This document shows positions 26,979 through 37,296 of a stretch of 64,000 bases of DNA, in pieces. Every line of letters starts with the position of its first letter. Within the stretch, counting starts at the first letter, position 1. The stretch comes from an uncultured Gammaproteobacteria bacterium (GTDB lineage Bacteria > Patescibacteriota > Microgenomatia > Levybacterales > GWA1-39-11). Made by a program: the position numbers and the translations under genes. The stretch is from NCBI GenBank assembly GCA_964425075.1, contig CAYRKM010000001.1, positions 395,060 to 459,059 on the forward strand, written 5' to 3'. Below the pieces are notes generated by a model. It was not told the DNA's origin, did not search any database, and saw only the letters and a program-made list of their open reading frames with translations.

Positions 26979-27005
26979 TATGAGAGTTCTAACGCACATA
27001 ACAAT

Positions 27006-28487
27006 ATGGAAGATAAGAAACAATTTACACAATACCCTCCAGTCGTATCTGTTTTAGGTCATGTAGACCACGGAAAAACCACACTTCTTGACGCTATCCG
27101 AAAAAGTAATATCGCATCAGGCGAGGCTGGTGGAATTACTCAATCTATTGGTGCTTCAAGCATTGAAATTGATTCCTTCGATTCTTCTCAGGGCAAGCAT
27201 GAAGGCAAAAAAAGGTGGATTACCTTTATCGATACACCCGGTCATGAGGCTTTTTCTAATATGCGCTCCCACGGAGTGTCAGCATCAGATGTGGTTCTTC
27301 TAATAGTTGCAGCAGATGATGGGATAAAGCCTCAAACCATAGAGTCAATTGAAAAAATTAAAGCATCCAATCTTCCTTATATCGTTGTAATTACAAAAAT
27401 GGATGCTCCTGGAGCTGAAATTGAGAAAGTAAAACAGCAATTATTAAAAGAACAAGTTTTGCTTGAAGGACTTGGTGGAGACGTGCCATATATAGGAGTG
27501 AGTGCAAAAACCGGAGAAAAAGTTTCTGATCTTCTAGATCTTATCGCAATTGTTTATGACATAAGAGAAATTAAAAAAAGCGAGACTGAGGACTTTTTGG
27601 GTGTTGTAATTGAGGCAAAGCTTGATAAAAGACGGGGGATTTTAGCATCAGTTATTGTTAAAGCAGGCAAACTTGCAGTTGGAGAAAAAATATATTTTGA
27701 GGCAAAAGAAGTTGGAAAAGTGCGGGCACTGGTTGATACATTTGGAAAACAGGTTAAAGAGGCTCTGCCAGGGGATGCGGTTGAGATTTTGGGGTCTACT
27801 GAGGTGCTCTCTGCAGGTTCACTTCTTGCCACAAAACCCGGAGCTCTTGTTGTTGCACAGGCAAAAGAAGTAGCTAAATATACCTCAGCTGATTTAATGA
27901 AGCATTTAGCTGAAATAAAAGAGGAAAAAGTAAATATTGTTCTTAAAACCCACACAAGTGGTGAATTGGAGGCTATATCAGAGTCACTCCCTGAGGATGT
28001 TCAGGTAATTTTTGAGGGAAGAGGAGATATTGGAGTATCAGACGTTATGATGGCCAAAGACTTTAATGCAATTGTTGTCGGCTTTAATGTAGATATTGAG
28101 AAACAGGCGAAAATTCTTGCAGACACACAGGGAACTTTCTACAGAAATTACACGATTATCTATAACCTACTTGATGAATTAGCAGATGCAGTTACTCTTA
28201 TCAAAGAGCGAGCTCAGCGTAAAATATTTGGAAAAGGACAAATTTTGGCGGTATTTGAAGGTAATGAAGGTAAAATTCTTGGAGTAAGGGTTGATGAAGG
28301 AAAGCTTAAAGTTGGAGATACAATTGTAATTACTAGGGGAGTAAATGAAACTTCATCTTCAAAAATAATGTCACTAAAGCAAGGTAAAAACGATATTAAA
28401 GAAATAGGAAAAGGGAATGAATGCGGAATTATGATTGACCCTATGGTTGACTTTACTATAGGGGATATGGTAATATCCTGGGGCTAA
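27006..28487 (+). CDS. infB: Translation initiation factor IF-2 (short form)
   Basis: PPVVSVLGHVDHGKTTLLD, EAGGITQ, FIDTPGHEAF, TKMD, ECGI; follows nusA. Confidence 0.96.
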   Translation: MEDKKQFTQYPPVVSVLGHVDHGKTTLLDAIRKSNIASGEAGGITQSIGASSIEIDSFDSSQGKHEGKKRWITFIDTPGHEAFSNMRSHGVSASDVVLLIVAADDGIKPQTIESIEKIKASNLPYIVVITKMDAPGAEIEKVKQQLLKEQVLLEGLGGDVPYIGVSAKTGEKVSDLLDLIAIVYDIREIKKSETEDFLGVVIEAKLDKRRGILASVIVKAGKLAVGEKIYFEAKEVGKVRALVDTFGKQVKEALPGDAVEILGSTEVLSAGSLLATKPGALVVAQAKEVAKYTSADLMKHLAEIKEEKVNIVLKTHTSGELEAISESLPEDVQVIFEGRGDIGVSDVMMAKDFNAIVVGFNVDIEKQAKILADTQGTFYRNYTIIYNLLDELADAVTLIKERAQRKIFGKGQILAVFEGNEGKILGVRVDEGKLKVGDTIVITRGVNETSSSKIMSLKQGKNDIKEIGKGNECGIMIDPMVDFTIGDMVISWG

Positions 28488-28531
28488 TATTGAGGATTAG
28501 ATTTTGCCTTTTTTAATTAGCTATAAGACAT

Positions 28532-29773
28532 ATGAATCCACAGATTTCACAGGAAATTAATTTTTTGCGCGACATGCTACAAAACCATAATGATGTTGGA
28601 ATCATTGTGGGAAATCATCAAACAATTGATACGATGGCCTCATCTCTTGCCCTCTATCTTTCCTTATCTCAAAGCGGAAAACAAGTTCAAATCGTTTCTT
28701 TAAAAGATCCAATCGTTGAATTATCAAATCTTGTAGGAATAGATAAAGTAAAAAAAACTTTTGCAGGGAACACAACTAAATTAGTTGTTTCTTTGCCTTA
28801 CAAAAAAGGTGAAGTTGAGAAGGTGCTTTTTACTGAAGCGCCATCAACTATTAATTTCCATCTTACTGCGGCTGAAGGAAAAAGTATTACACCATTTGAC
28901 ATAAAAGATGTTCATCTTAATTGGGAAGGTGGGGCTCCAGGTTTTATTATTGCCGTGGGAGTTGGAACAATAGATGAATTCTCTCAAATAATTGATATTA
29001 ACAATACAAAAATTGTAAATATAGATAACTACCCTCAAAATACTAGATTTGGGGATGTTGTTTTGGTTGATGAGTCTTTCTCTTCACTCTCTGAGGTAGT
29101 AGGTAAGATCATTAAAGACCTTTCTCTTCCATTAAACATTGATAGTGCGCAGAATCTTTTAGACGGTGTTTTATTTGCAACTCGAAATTTCACGAAGCCA
29201 AACACTTCTCCTTTTGCATTTGAAACAGCATCAAGTGCTATGTACCAAGGGGCACAGAGACGAGAAAATAGGGATAATAACAGAGGAGGACAGCGTGAGC
29301 AAGGGCAGACCCCTAGAGAGCCAATGCAGCCACAGCGTTCGAACCCACAACAGCAAAGACAAAGAGTAAATGAAAATGATTTTCCAGCTATGCATATGCA
29401 AAATAGGCCACAACAGCCTCAAATGCCAAGACGACCTCAGTCAGCATTGGGTCAGCGACCTCAACCACAAATGCCACGTCCACAAAACACTCAGCCCCAA
29501 ATGAGTCCGCAGGATATTATTAATAAAATTAGACAAGAGACACCTGTAAGACAACCCCAACCACAAGTAGAGCCTGTCTATGAGGAAGGTCAATTTGATG
29601 CCATTTCTTCTCAAGCTCCAGAGCCAATGGATAACAATTCTATGCCTTTTGATAACGAGCCACCATTTCCACCTCAACCACAGGAAAATGCTGTTTCAAG
29701 TCAAAATACTGAGGAAATTCCAGATGATTGGTTAATGCCAAAAGTCTTCAAAAGCTCCAAGAATCAGAATTAG
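28532..29773 (+). CDS. Degenerate DHH-family (NrnA-like) protein with long Q/P/R-rich tail
   Basis: DHH fold pattern (IVNIDNYPQNTRFGDV, SSLSEVV, AQNLLDGV) but NY where HH is expected. Confidence 0.7.
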   Translation: MNPQISQEINFLRDMLQNHNDVGIIVGNHQTIDTMASSLALYLSLSQSGKQVQIVSLKDPIVELSNLVGIDKVKKTFAGNTTKLVVSLPYKKGEVEKVLFTEAPSTINFHLTAAEGKSITPFDIKDVHLNWEGGAPGFIIAVGVGTIDEFSQIIDINNTKIVNIDNYPQNTRFGDVVLVDESFSSLSEVVGKIIKDLSLPLNIDSAQNLLDGVLFATRNFTKPNTSPFAFETASSAMYQGAQRRENRDNNRGGQREQGQTPREPMQPQRSNPQQQRQRVNENDFPAMHMQNRPQQPQMPRRPQSALGQRPQPQMPRPQNTQPQMSPQDIINKIRQETPVRQPQPQVEPVYEEGQFDAISSQAPEPMDNNSMPFDNEPPFPPQPQENAVSSQNTEEIPDDWLMPKVFKSSKNQN

Positions 29774-29809
29774 TTGTAAATCACGCTCATATTTGTTAAA
29801 ATATCAACC

Positions 29810-30079
29810 ATGCCGTTAACAACAGACGAAAAAACAGTAATTATTAAGGAAAATGCAGTTATCGACGGGGACACCGGAAGCCCTGAGGTGCAGATAGCGC
29901 TTCTTACTCACAAGATTCAGAAATTAACTGATCATTTGAAAATCCACCAAAAGGATTTTCATAGTAGACGTGGACTTTTAAATATGTTATCAAAGAGAAG
30001 AAGGCTTTTTAACTTCTTAGTAAAAGTGGACAAAGTCCGCTCCGAAAGTATCGGAAAAAAAGTTGGTCTCGCAAAGTAA
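29810..30079 (+). CDS. rpsO: 30S ribosomal protein S15
   Basis: DTGSPEVQIALLT, HLKIHQKDFHSRRGLL. Confidence 0.98.
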   Translation: MPLTTDEKTVIIKENAVIDGDTGSPEVQIALLTHKIQKLTDHLKIHQKDFHSRRGLLNMLSKRRRLFNFLVKVDKVRSESIGKKVGLAK

Positions 30080-30147
30080 AATATAAATAGATAAACTAAT
30101 CTTCAATTCTTTTTTGGTTGTTGGGAAGTAAATATAGAAAAAAATAG

Positions 30148-32574
30148 ATGAAAAAAATTTCAAAGTCGTTTCAGATAAACGGTAAAACATTAACTTTTGA
30201 AACTGGTTCTTTGGCACAGCTTGCTACTTCTAGCGTGCTTGCAAAGATGGGGGACACTACAGTTCTTGCAACTGTTACCATGGGTCGAAACGACACTACT
30301 TTAGATTATTTTCCATTATCAGTTGACTACGTTGAGCGACTTTATGCTGGAGGAAAAATCAAAGGTTCACGTTGGGTAAAACGTGAAGGACGTCCTAGCG
30401 ACGACGCAGTTTTGACTGGAAGGTTAATTGACCGCTCCATTCGACCAATGTTTCCAAAGGCTCTTAAAAAGGATGTTCAGGTAATAGTAACTGTTCTATC
30501 AATTGATGGAATTAATGATCCTGCAATTCTATCCTTAAATGCAGTGTCGGCTGCACTTGCGATTTCAAAGATTCCATGGAATGGACCTGTTGCAGCTGTA
30601 AGAGTGGGAGACTTAAAGGCTGTTTCCACTGATGATTTGGTAATTTTCCCTGATGTAAATGAAGAATTAGATTTGGACTTTATATTAACTTCAAGTAGCA
30701 ACGGTAGCACCATTATGGTTGAGGCTGGTGCAAATCAGGTAAGCGAAGAGATTGCACTTAAGGCTGTAACTTTGGCGCGGGAAAATAATATAAAAATTAT
30801 TGAATTTATAAACGAGTTAGTAAAAGAAGTAGGAGAGAAGAAAATTGAACTTGCAGTAGATGAGGCAAAAGAAGAAATAATTGCGCTTGTAGAAAAGTCT
30901 TATAAGGATAAAATTACAGCAGTTCTTGAAGGTGAGTTGGGAGAAAATGTATCGGGCGACCTTCAGAAAATCGCAGACAGCATTATTGAACTTGAAGGCG
31001 AAAATGCTGACAGAAAGAAAATCTTTGATGCAGTTGACTATGTATTTAAGAAAATAATTCGTGAAAGAATTGTAAATGAAGAGAAAAGATTCGATGGGCG
31101 AAAGATTGATGAATTAAGAGAAATTACTGCACAGGCAGGATATATTCCACGCGTTCATGGTTCTGGTCTTTTCTCTCGTGGTCAAACCCAAGTACTTTCC
31201 ATTGCAACACTTGCTTCAACTGCATTAGGACAACTTATTGAAACATTGGATGGTGAGGAAACAAGTCTTTATATGCATCATTATTCTTTCCCACCATACT
31301 CGGTTGGAGAAACAGGAAGAATAGGCTCTCCTTCTAGAAGAGAGATTGGACATGGAGCGCTTGCTGAGCGTGCAATTGAGGCAGTTTTACCATCAGTTGA
31401 AGAATTCCCATATGCAATTAGGGTAGTGTCAGAGGTTTTGTCTTCAAATGGTTCAACATCAATGGCTTCAACTTGTGGCTCCACTCTTGCTCTTATGGAT
31501 GCGGGTGTTCCCATAAAGTCACCAGTTGCAGGAATTGCAATTGGACTAATGACTCTAAATGGTAAATACAAAATTTTAACTGACATAATTGGGCTTGAAG
31601 ATTTTGCAGGGGATATGGATTTTAAAGTTGCAGGAACTAAAGACGGAATTACTGCAATTCAACTAGACGTTAAATTAGATGCACTAACTGACGACATGAT
31701 AAAGGAAGTTTTTGACCGTGCAAAGAAAGCAAGACTAGATATTCTAAAGGTTATGAATAAAGCAATTGCTGAATCAAGAAAAGAGGTAAGCGTTTATGCT
31801 CCAAAGATTAAAATGATAAAAATCGATCCTGAAAAAATTGGTGGACTTATAGGTCCTGGAGGAAAGATGATAAAGAGTATTATTGCCCAAACCGGAGCAG
31901 AGGTTAATGTAGAAGATGATGGTTCGGTAAGTATCTCAGCGGTGGACGAGGAAGCAGTACAGAAAGCTACAGAATGGATTGAGGGACTTACTCATGACGT
32001 TACACCAGGTGAAACATATGACGGAACGGTGAAGAGACTTTTGGCATTTGGGGCATTTGTCGAATTCCTTCCCGGAAAAGAAGGAATGGTGCATGTAAGT
32101 GAAATGGCGACAGATTATGTAAAAGATCCCGCTGATGTTGTGCAGATTGGACAAACTGTAAAAGTAAGAGTAAAAGAAATTGATGATCAAGGAAGAGTAA
32201 ATCTTTCAATGCTTTTTGGAGAAGACGCAGAAAAGGGTGGAAATAAAGGTTCAGCTGGCGGAGGAGACCGCGGCCCACGAAGAGAAAGTGGACCTCGTTC
32301 ATATGGGGGCTCTCAAGATAGGGGACCAAGACGTGAAGGACCAGGCGGGGGAAGAAGTTTTGGTGGAGGCGGATTTAGCGGTGGAAGAAGTAGCAGTGGA
32401 CCCAGAAGAGATTTTGGAGGAGGTAGTAATCGTACTTCAGGAAGTTTTAGCGGTGGCGGACGTTCTTCAGGTGGGTTTGGTGGACCAAGAAGAAGTAGTG
32501 GTGGTCCAAGAAGATCTTCAACTGCTAATGCTCCAACATACCAAGGCGGCAAACGTGATGAGTGGAGAGGCTAA
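30148..32574 (+). CDS. pnp: Polyribonucleotide nucleotidyltransferase
   Basis: RLIDRSIRP, RREIGHG, SNGSTSMAS, GDMDFKVAG, KH and S1 domains, Gly/Arg-rich tail. Confidence 0.98.
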   Translation: MKKISKSFQINGKTLTFETGSLAQLATSSVLAKMGDTTVLATVTMGRNDTTLDYFPLSVDYVERLYAGGKIKGSRWVKREGRPSDDAVLTGRLIDRSIRPMFPKALKKDVQVIVTVLSIDGINDPAILSLNAVSAALAISKIPWNGPVAAVRVGDLKAVSTDDLVIFPDVNEELDLDFILTSSSNGSTIMVEAGANQVSEEIALKAVTLARENNIKIIEFINELVKEVGEKKIELAVDEAKEEIIALVEKSYKDKITAVLEGELGENVSGDLQKIADSIIELEGENADRKKIFDAVDYVFKKIIRERIVNEEKRFDGRKIDELREITAQAGYIPRVHGSGLFSRGQTQVLSIATLASTALGQLIETLDGEETSLYMHHYSFPPYSVGETGRIGSPSRREIGHGALAERAIEAVLPSVEEFPYAIRVVSEVLSSNGSTSMASTCGSTLALMDAGVPIKSPVAGIAIGLMTLNGKYKILTDIIGLEDFAGDMDFKVAGTKDGITAIQLDVKLDALTDDMIKEVFDRAKKARLDILKVMNKAIAESRKEVSVYAPKIKMIKIDPEKIGGLIGPGGKMIKSIIAQTGAEVNVEDDGSVSISAVDEEAVQKATEWIEGLTHDVTPGETYDGTVKRLLAFGAFVEFLPGKEGMVHVSEMATDYVKDPADVVQIGQTVKVRVKEIDDQGRVNLSMLFGEDAEKGGNKGSAGGGDRGPRRESGPRSYGGSQDRGPRREGPGGGRSFGGGGFSGGRSSSGPRRDFGGGSNRTSGSFSGGGRSSGGFGGPRRSSGGPRRSSTANAPTYQGGKRDEWRG

Positions 32575-32576
32575 AT

Positions 32577-33386
32577 CTAGAGTAATTCTACGGCTTTCTC
32601 CATAACTCGATTGAATTTTTTATTAAAATCCCGAATTGCATCCCAATATGGTTCTCTTGTTTCCTGATTCATAATAAAACCCCTATTGTATTCTACTTGA
32701 ATTGCATAAACTGTATTTCCATGGTTAAGGTTAGGATTTCCAAAATATTGAGTGATATGACCGCCTTTATATGAGGTATTGATCTCAATTTCGGAAGTTT
32801 TTAATCCAAACTCGGAGGCTATAAAGTTTCTCACACTCTGAATAAATTCAGCCGGAGAGGCATTGAATCCAATTGTAGGATCTATGTCTCCCGTGTGAGG
32901 TAGTCCAAAGTTTGACAATATAAATTTTGGCATAGTTCTTGTTTCATTAGGTAAAAAACGGTCACGTTTTCCGGTATTTTTATCATAATCTCCCGTGTCG
33001 TGATGGTCCCAAAGGATCACTTTTTCAAATCCAAATTCCTTCGAAGCAGCAATCAGGTTTTTGATTTCCTCATAATATGGATCGTGATGGGTTGAGAGCC
33101 AGAACTCTTTCTCCTCATCAGTTAAGTTTTGTCCGTCTTTCCAAATTTGATTTCCATGAAAGTCCTGAAGCTTAAAAAGGTTCTTATCACGGGGTTGATT
33201 TAGACTCCCCAGTCCACGGATTACTTTTGACTTCAAATTTCCCAATGCATGGGGATGAAAAGCAGTATCTGCAGTGAATTTATCACTAAATTCACCTATG
33301 AACCATTCATCCAATGCCACTCTATCAATAAGATGGGCAAAGTCATCAGAGTCATGCGGCGCGGAAGTTATAAGAGGTAGCTTCAT
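32577..33386 (-). CDS. N-formylglutamate amidohydrolase-family protein
   Basis: ITSAPH, HDPYY, WDHHD, YKGGHIT, AIQVEYNR; likely start MKLPL at 33386. Confidence 0.8.
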   Translation of the reverse strand: MKLPLITSAPHDSDDFAHLIDRVALDEWFIGEFSDKFTADTAFHPHALGNLKSKVIRGLGSLNQPRDKNLFKLQDFHGNQIWKDGQNLTDEEKEFWLSTHHDPYYEEIKNLIAASKEFGFEKVILWDHHDTGDYDKNTGKRDRFLPNETRTMPKFILSNFGLPHTGDIDPTIGFNASPAEFIQSVRNFIASEFGLKTSEIEINTSYKGGHITQYFGNPNLNHGNTVYAIQVEYNRGFIMNQETREPYWDAIRDFNKKFNRVMEKAVELL

Positions 33387-33464
33387 ATCCAGATTATACA
33401 ATGAATTTCGTAATTATCATTGCAATGGCTATGTTATTTGCTGAAGATGTTATACTAAAAAAGT

Positions 33465-34553
33465 ATGGATCCTGCTCAACAAAATCCGGACTCCGCGTCC
33501 CAAATTCAGAAACTTGAAGAATCAGTAAATACAGCTAATTTACCTCCTGAGCTTTTGCAGAATGCAAAAGCAATGATAGCAAGATTAAAGATAGTTTCGG
33601 GTCAAACAAGTTTTTACACAGAGTATGACACAATTTCTCGTTATATTAATTGGATTGCTTCTCTGCCGTGGGGAAAATACTCACCCGACGTATTGGATCT
33701 TAATCACGCTCGACAAGTTTTGGAAAAAAATCACTATGGCTTAAATGACGTTAAAGAAAAAATTCTTGAATACTTGGCCATTATGATAAACACAAAACAA
33801 CAGGCTGGGGATAAAGCCCAGGATATAATTGCTCGTGCTCCAATCATTTCTCTTGTTGGTCTTGCAGGTGTGGGTAAAACGACCATAGCCTATTCAATTG
33901 CCGAAGCTTTGGGTCGAAAAATTGAGAGAATTCCATTTGGAGGTATGGGAAGCGCTTCACAGCTTCGTGGCAAGTCTAGACTTTATTCAGATTCAGAACC
34001 AGGGTTAGTAGTAAAAGCTCTGAGGCGTGCTGCAACCTCCAACCCAGTCATTTTATTGGACGAGATAGATAGAGTATCATCTGAAGCACGCTCTGACATA
34101 ATGGGTGTTTTGGTGGAACTTTTGGATCCGACGCAAAACAAAGCATTTCTTGATCACTTTATTGACTATCCTGTTGACCTCTCGCAAGTTCTTTTTATTG
34201 CAACAAGTAATAACACTAAGGATATCTCAACAGCTGTAGTTGATAGGCTTGAGATTATTCAAATGCCATCTTATTCTGATGAAGAAAAAATTGTAATAGG
34301 CAAAAATTTTATCATGCCCCAGGTTCTTGCCGAGAGTGGACTAACAACAAATGATTTTGGAATTAGTGATGATGTTTGGCCAGAAACAATTGTAAGGCCA
34401 CTTGGATACGACCCTGGAATTAGAAGTCTTCAGCGAATAATTCAAGGAATGGTAAGAAAAACTGTATATTTTATGCTCATGGGTAAAATTCCACGAGGTC
34501 AGAAATTTATGATAAATGCGGAAAACGTAAAAACCTTTGTTTCAGCGTGGTAA
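33465..34553 (+). CDS. Lon-type AAA+ module without N-domain or protease domain
   Basis: LPW, HYGLNDVKEKILEYLA, GLAGVGKT, NPVILLDEID, DLSQVLFIATSN; ends before any Lon peptidase domain. Confidence 0.88.
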   Translation: MDPAQQNPDSASQIQKLEESVNTANLPPELLQNAKAMIARLKIVSGQTSFYTEYDTISRYINWIASLPWGKYSPDVLDLNHARQVLEKNHYGLNDVKEKILEYLAIMINTKQQAGDKAQDIIARAPIISLVGLAGVGKTTIAYSIAEALGRKIERIPFGGMGSASQLRGKSRLYSDSEPGLVVKALRRAATSNPVILLDEIDRVSSEARSDIMGVLVELLDPTQNKAFLDHFIDYPVDLSQVLFIATSNNTKDISTAVVDRLEIIQMPSYSDEEKIVIGKNFIMPQVLAESGLTTNDFGISDDVWPETIVRPLGYDPGIRSLQRIIQGMVRKTVYFMLMGKIPRGQKFMINAENVKTFVSAW

Positions 34554-34591
34554 TGGTTTAGCAGTTTTATTTAAGCTCAATTTGGAATATA

Positions 34592-36274
34592 ATGATGGAA
34601 CAAATGGAAAATTCTTCTAATTCGGTTTCGATAGTTCCCATCGGCGGCATAGGTACAGTTACAAAGAATATGTACCTTTATATTTATGGCAATGAGATTC
34701 TTATTGTGGATTGTGGAATGGGTTTTCCAGATCCCTCAACTCCGGGTGTCGACTTTCTGGTTCCCGATATTTCTTATCTAAAAAAACTAACCGCTGAAGG
34801 TAAGAAGAAAATTGTTGGACTTCTTTTAACTCACGGACATGAGGATCATATTGGCGGAGTGCCTTTTGTTCTTGATCAATTGCCTCAATTTCCAATTTAT
34901 GCAACACCGCTCACTGCAGCATTCGTAAATGAAAAACTTAAAGATTTTGGGCTTAATCAGAGGGCAAAGGATGTTGAATTTAAGAAGGATATGAAGATTG
35001 GCAGCTTTACTGTTCGCTTCCTTCACATTACTCATTCGGTTCTTGATACCTCTAATATTTTTATAAAAACCCCGGCGGGTAACTTTTATCACGGGAGTGA
35101 TTATAAATTTGATCTCACACCAGTTGATGGACATTTATCAGATCTTCATGGTATTGCTGGCACAGCCCAAGAAGGAGTTTTGTGCATGCTATCAGATTGT
35201 CTTGGAGCAGAGCGTCAAGGGCATTCTGAATCAGAAAGCAAGATAACTGATAGTTTCGAAAAAGAATTTAGGAGAAGTAAAGGAAAAATATTTATTTCAA
35301 CTTATTCTTCAAATATTTCAAGAATGAATCAAGCAATTGAGGTGGCATTAAAGTTTAACCGCAAGATTTGTTTTATGGGGCGTTCATTCACAAAATCTCG
35401 GGATGTTGGAAAACAGCTTTCATACATGAAATATCCGCCCAACTCAGAGATAAAACCACCTCAAGTAAAAAGTATGGATCCTTCAAAAGTTATGATATTA
35501 ATTCCCGGCAATCAAGGCCAAGAAACTTCAGCTATGGTTCGTGTTGCTTCGGATAATGATCGTGATATTAAAATTGATAGAAATGACACGGTTATTTTTT
35601 CTTCTGATCCGATTCCAGGAAATGAATTAAATGTTTATAACCTCATTGATACTATAGCCAAAAAAGGAGCACGCATTGTGCATTCTGACACAAATCCTGA
35701 TTTTCATGTTTCGGGGCATGGTTCCCAAAACGACATAAAGCTGCTTGCTTCCCTAACGACTCCAAAATTTACACTTCCAATTGGTGGAACCTATCGTCAC
35801 ATGGTGGCGTTTAAAGAATTGATGCGGGAGATGGGTTATCAGGATAACAATATTATTTTGCCTGAAAATGGGCAGGAAATTGTGTTTACAGGAGGAAGTT
35901 ACAAGTTTGGAATCAAGGTTCCATTATCTACTGTGTATGTTGATCAGATAACTGGTGAGGAGATGGAGAAATTTGTACTTATGGATAGGCAAAAAATTGC
36001 AAAGGAGGGAATAATGATAATTATTGCCGAAGTTGAAACAGAAAGTGGAAGAATTGTAGGCACGCCCGATATTCTTTCTCGTGGATTTGTTTTTCCTGAA
36101 AAAGACCAATTTGCCAAAAAACTAGCAGAGCAATTAGTGAAAGATATGGGCGAGAAAAGTGCAAAAGCTACTCATTTTGGATACTATAGAAAAATCATAC
36201 AGCAAAATGCCGAAGGGCTTTTATATAGAATGAAGCGAGAGCCATTAGTAATACCTGTCATTGTTGAAGTTTAG
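34592..36274 (+). CDS. rnj: Ribonuclease J
   Basis: LTHGHEDHIGG, THSVLD, DYKFDLTP, PIPGNE, HVSGHG. Confidence 0.95.
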   Translation: MMEQMENSSNSVSIVPIGGIGTVTKNMYLYIYGNEILIVDCGMGFPDPSTPGVDFLVPDISYLKKLTAEGKKKIVGLLLTHGHEDHIGGVPFVLDQLPQFPIYATPLTAAFVNEKLKDFGLNQRAKDVEFKKDMKIGSFTVRFLHITHSVLDTSNIFIKTPAGNFYHGSDYKFDLTPVDGHLSDLHGIAGTAQEGVLCMLSDCLGAERQGHSESESKITDSFEKEFRRSKGKIFISTYSSNISRMNQAIEVALKFNRKICFMGRSFTKSRDVGKQLSYMKYPPNSEIKPPQVKSMDPSKVMILIPGNQGQETSAMVRVASDNDRDIKIDRNDTVIFSSDPIPGNELNVYNLIDTIAKKGARIVHSDTNPDFHVSGHGSQNDIKLLASLTTPKFTLPIGGTYRHMVAFKELMREMGYQDNNIILPENGQEIVFTGGSYKFGIKVPLSTVYVDQITGEEMEKFVLMDRQKIAKEGIMIIIAEVETESGRIVGTPDILSRGFVFPEKDQFAKKLAEQLVKDMGEKSAKATHFGYYRKIIQQNAEGLLYRMKREPLVIPVIVEV

Positions 36275-37218
36275 TATTCTCTTCCCTCATAGATCTCTTT
36301 TTTTACGAATTCATATAGTTTGGCTGCTTTTTCCTGGCCAATAAATTCGACATACCCTTCCAAAAACTCTTCTCTACCCCTAGTAAACTGTTCACCAGCA
36401 ACAGCTAGTAATTCTGTCAATTTGATTCCACCGTACATGATTCTTATTTGAGTGGATGAAGGTCTAGGTTTGTTTCTTGTTTGTGTTAGTTCAAAACCCG
36501 AAGAACTTTCTTGTTGAGCAACATATTGATTTAGTTTCTCAGTTTTAAAAATAGACTGAAGTTGTCTTTCGTCTTCAATTTCTAAAACTTGCATTACTTC
36601 CCTTTCAAGACTATTTAATCGAGGGTCTATTGCGCGATGAACAAATTCATGGACAATATTTTGTTTTGCCTTGTCTTGTTCCAAAAAGGATTGTCCAAGT
36701 GATTTTTTATTAAAAAATATTAATCCACTAGAATTATCTGCGGACCTACAATAAAGTCCTCCTTTATTTTTCATTTGGGGAGTTCTTAGGTCCCAATCTG
36801 CCAAGGAAACAGCAAGCGGCAGAAGTCTTCCACTTGTTTCTCTTGGTTGATAAAAAAATGGAGGAAGCACATCAAGAGCTTTGGACAACGCTTTGATGCG
36901 AGGCGCATCCCAGTGGACCCTATGATTTTTTGTAAACTCTATGCTGTCATTTGTACTCGTAAAACTTAAATTTGTATCTGGAGATATTAATATTATTCCA
37001 TATTTGTTTTCAACTTCAGTTTTCATTTGATCAGCATCCATTCCAAAAGTGCCGGTTTCTAATCCTTCTACAAGACCTCTGCTAATAGAGGGTCTGTTGG
37101 TATGAGCATTTATAACATCTATTCCCGTAAGACCACCTACTATAATTCCTCCCACTGCGCTTAAAAAACGCCTTCTACTCATTGTTGATGTTGTGTATTT
37201 TGGGGCCTCTTCTGACAT
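36271..37218 (-). CDS. Hypothetical zincin-like protein with twin-arginine-like N-terminus
   Basis: SRRRFL + hydrophobic segment; VHEFVH (HExxH) and a downstream ELLA. Confidence 0.65.
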   Translation of the reverse strand: MSEEAPKYTTSTMSRRRFLSAVGGIIVGGLTGIDVINAHTNRPSISRGLVEGLETGTFGMDADQMKTEVENKYGIILISPDTNLSFTSTNDSIEFTKNHRVHWDAPRIKALSKALDVLPPFFYQPRETSGRLLPLAVSLADWDLRTPQMKNKGGLYCRSADNSSGLIFFNKKSLGQSFLEQDKAKQNIVHEFVHRAIDPRLNSLEREVMQVLEIEDERQLQSIFKTEKLNQYVAQQESSSGFELTQTRNKPRPSSTQIRIMYGGIKLTELLAVAGEQFTRGREEFLEGYVEFIGQEKAAKLYEFVKKEIYEGREY

Positions 37219-37296
37219 GGTGCGATTATACCATGAGTATAAATGTGGTTAGTAATGGCTGTATAGATTTTGATATAATGATTGTTACTCTAAGAT

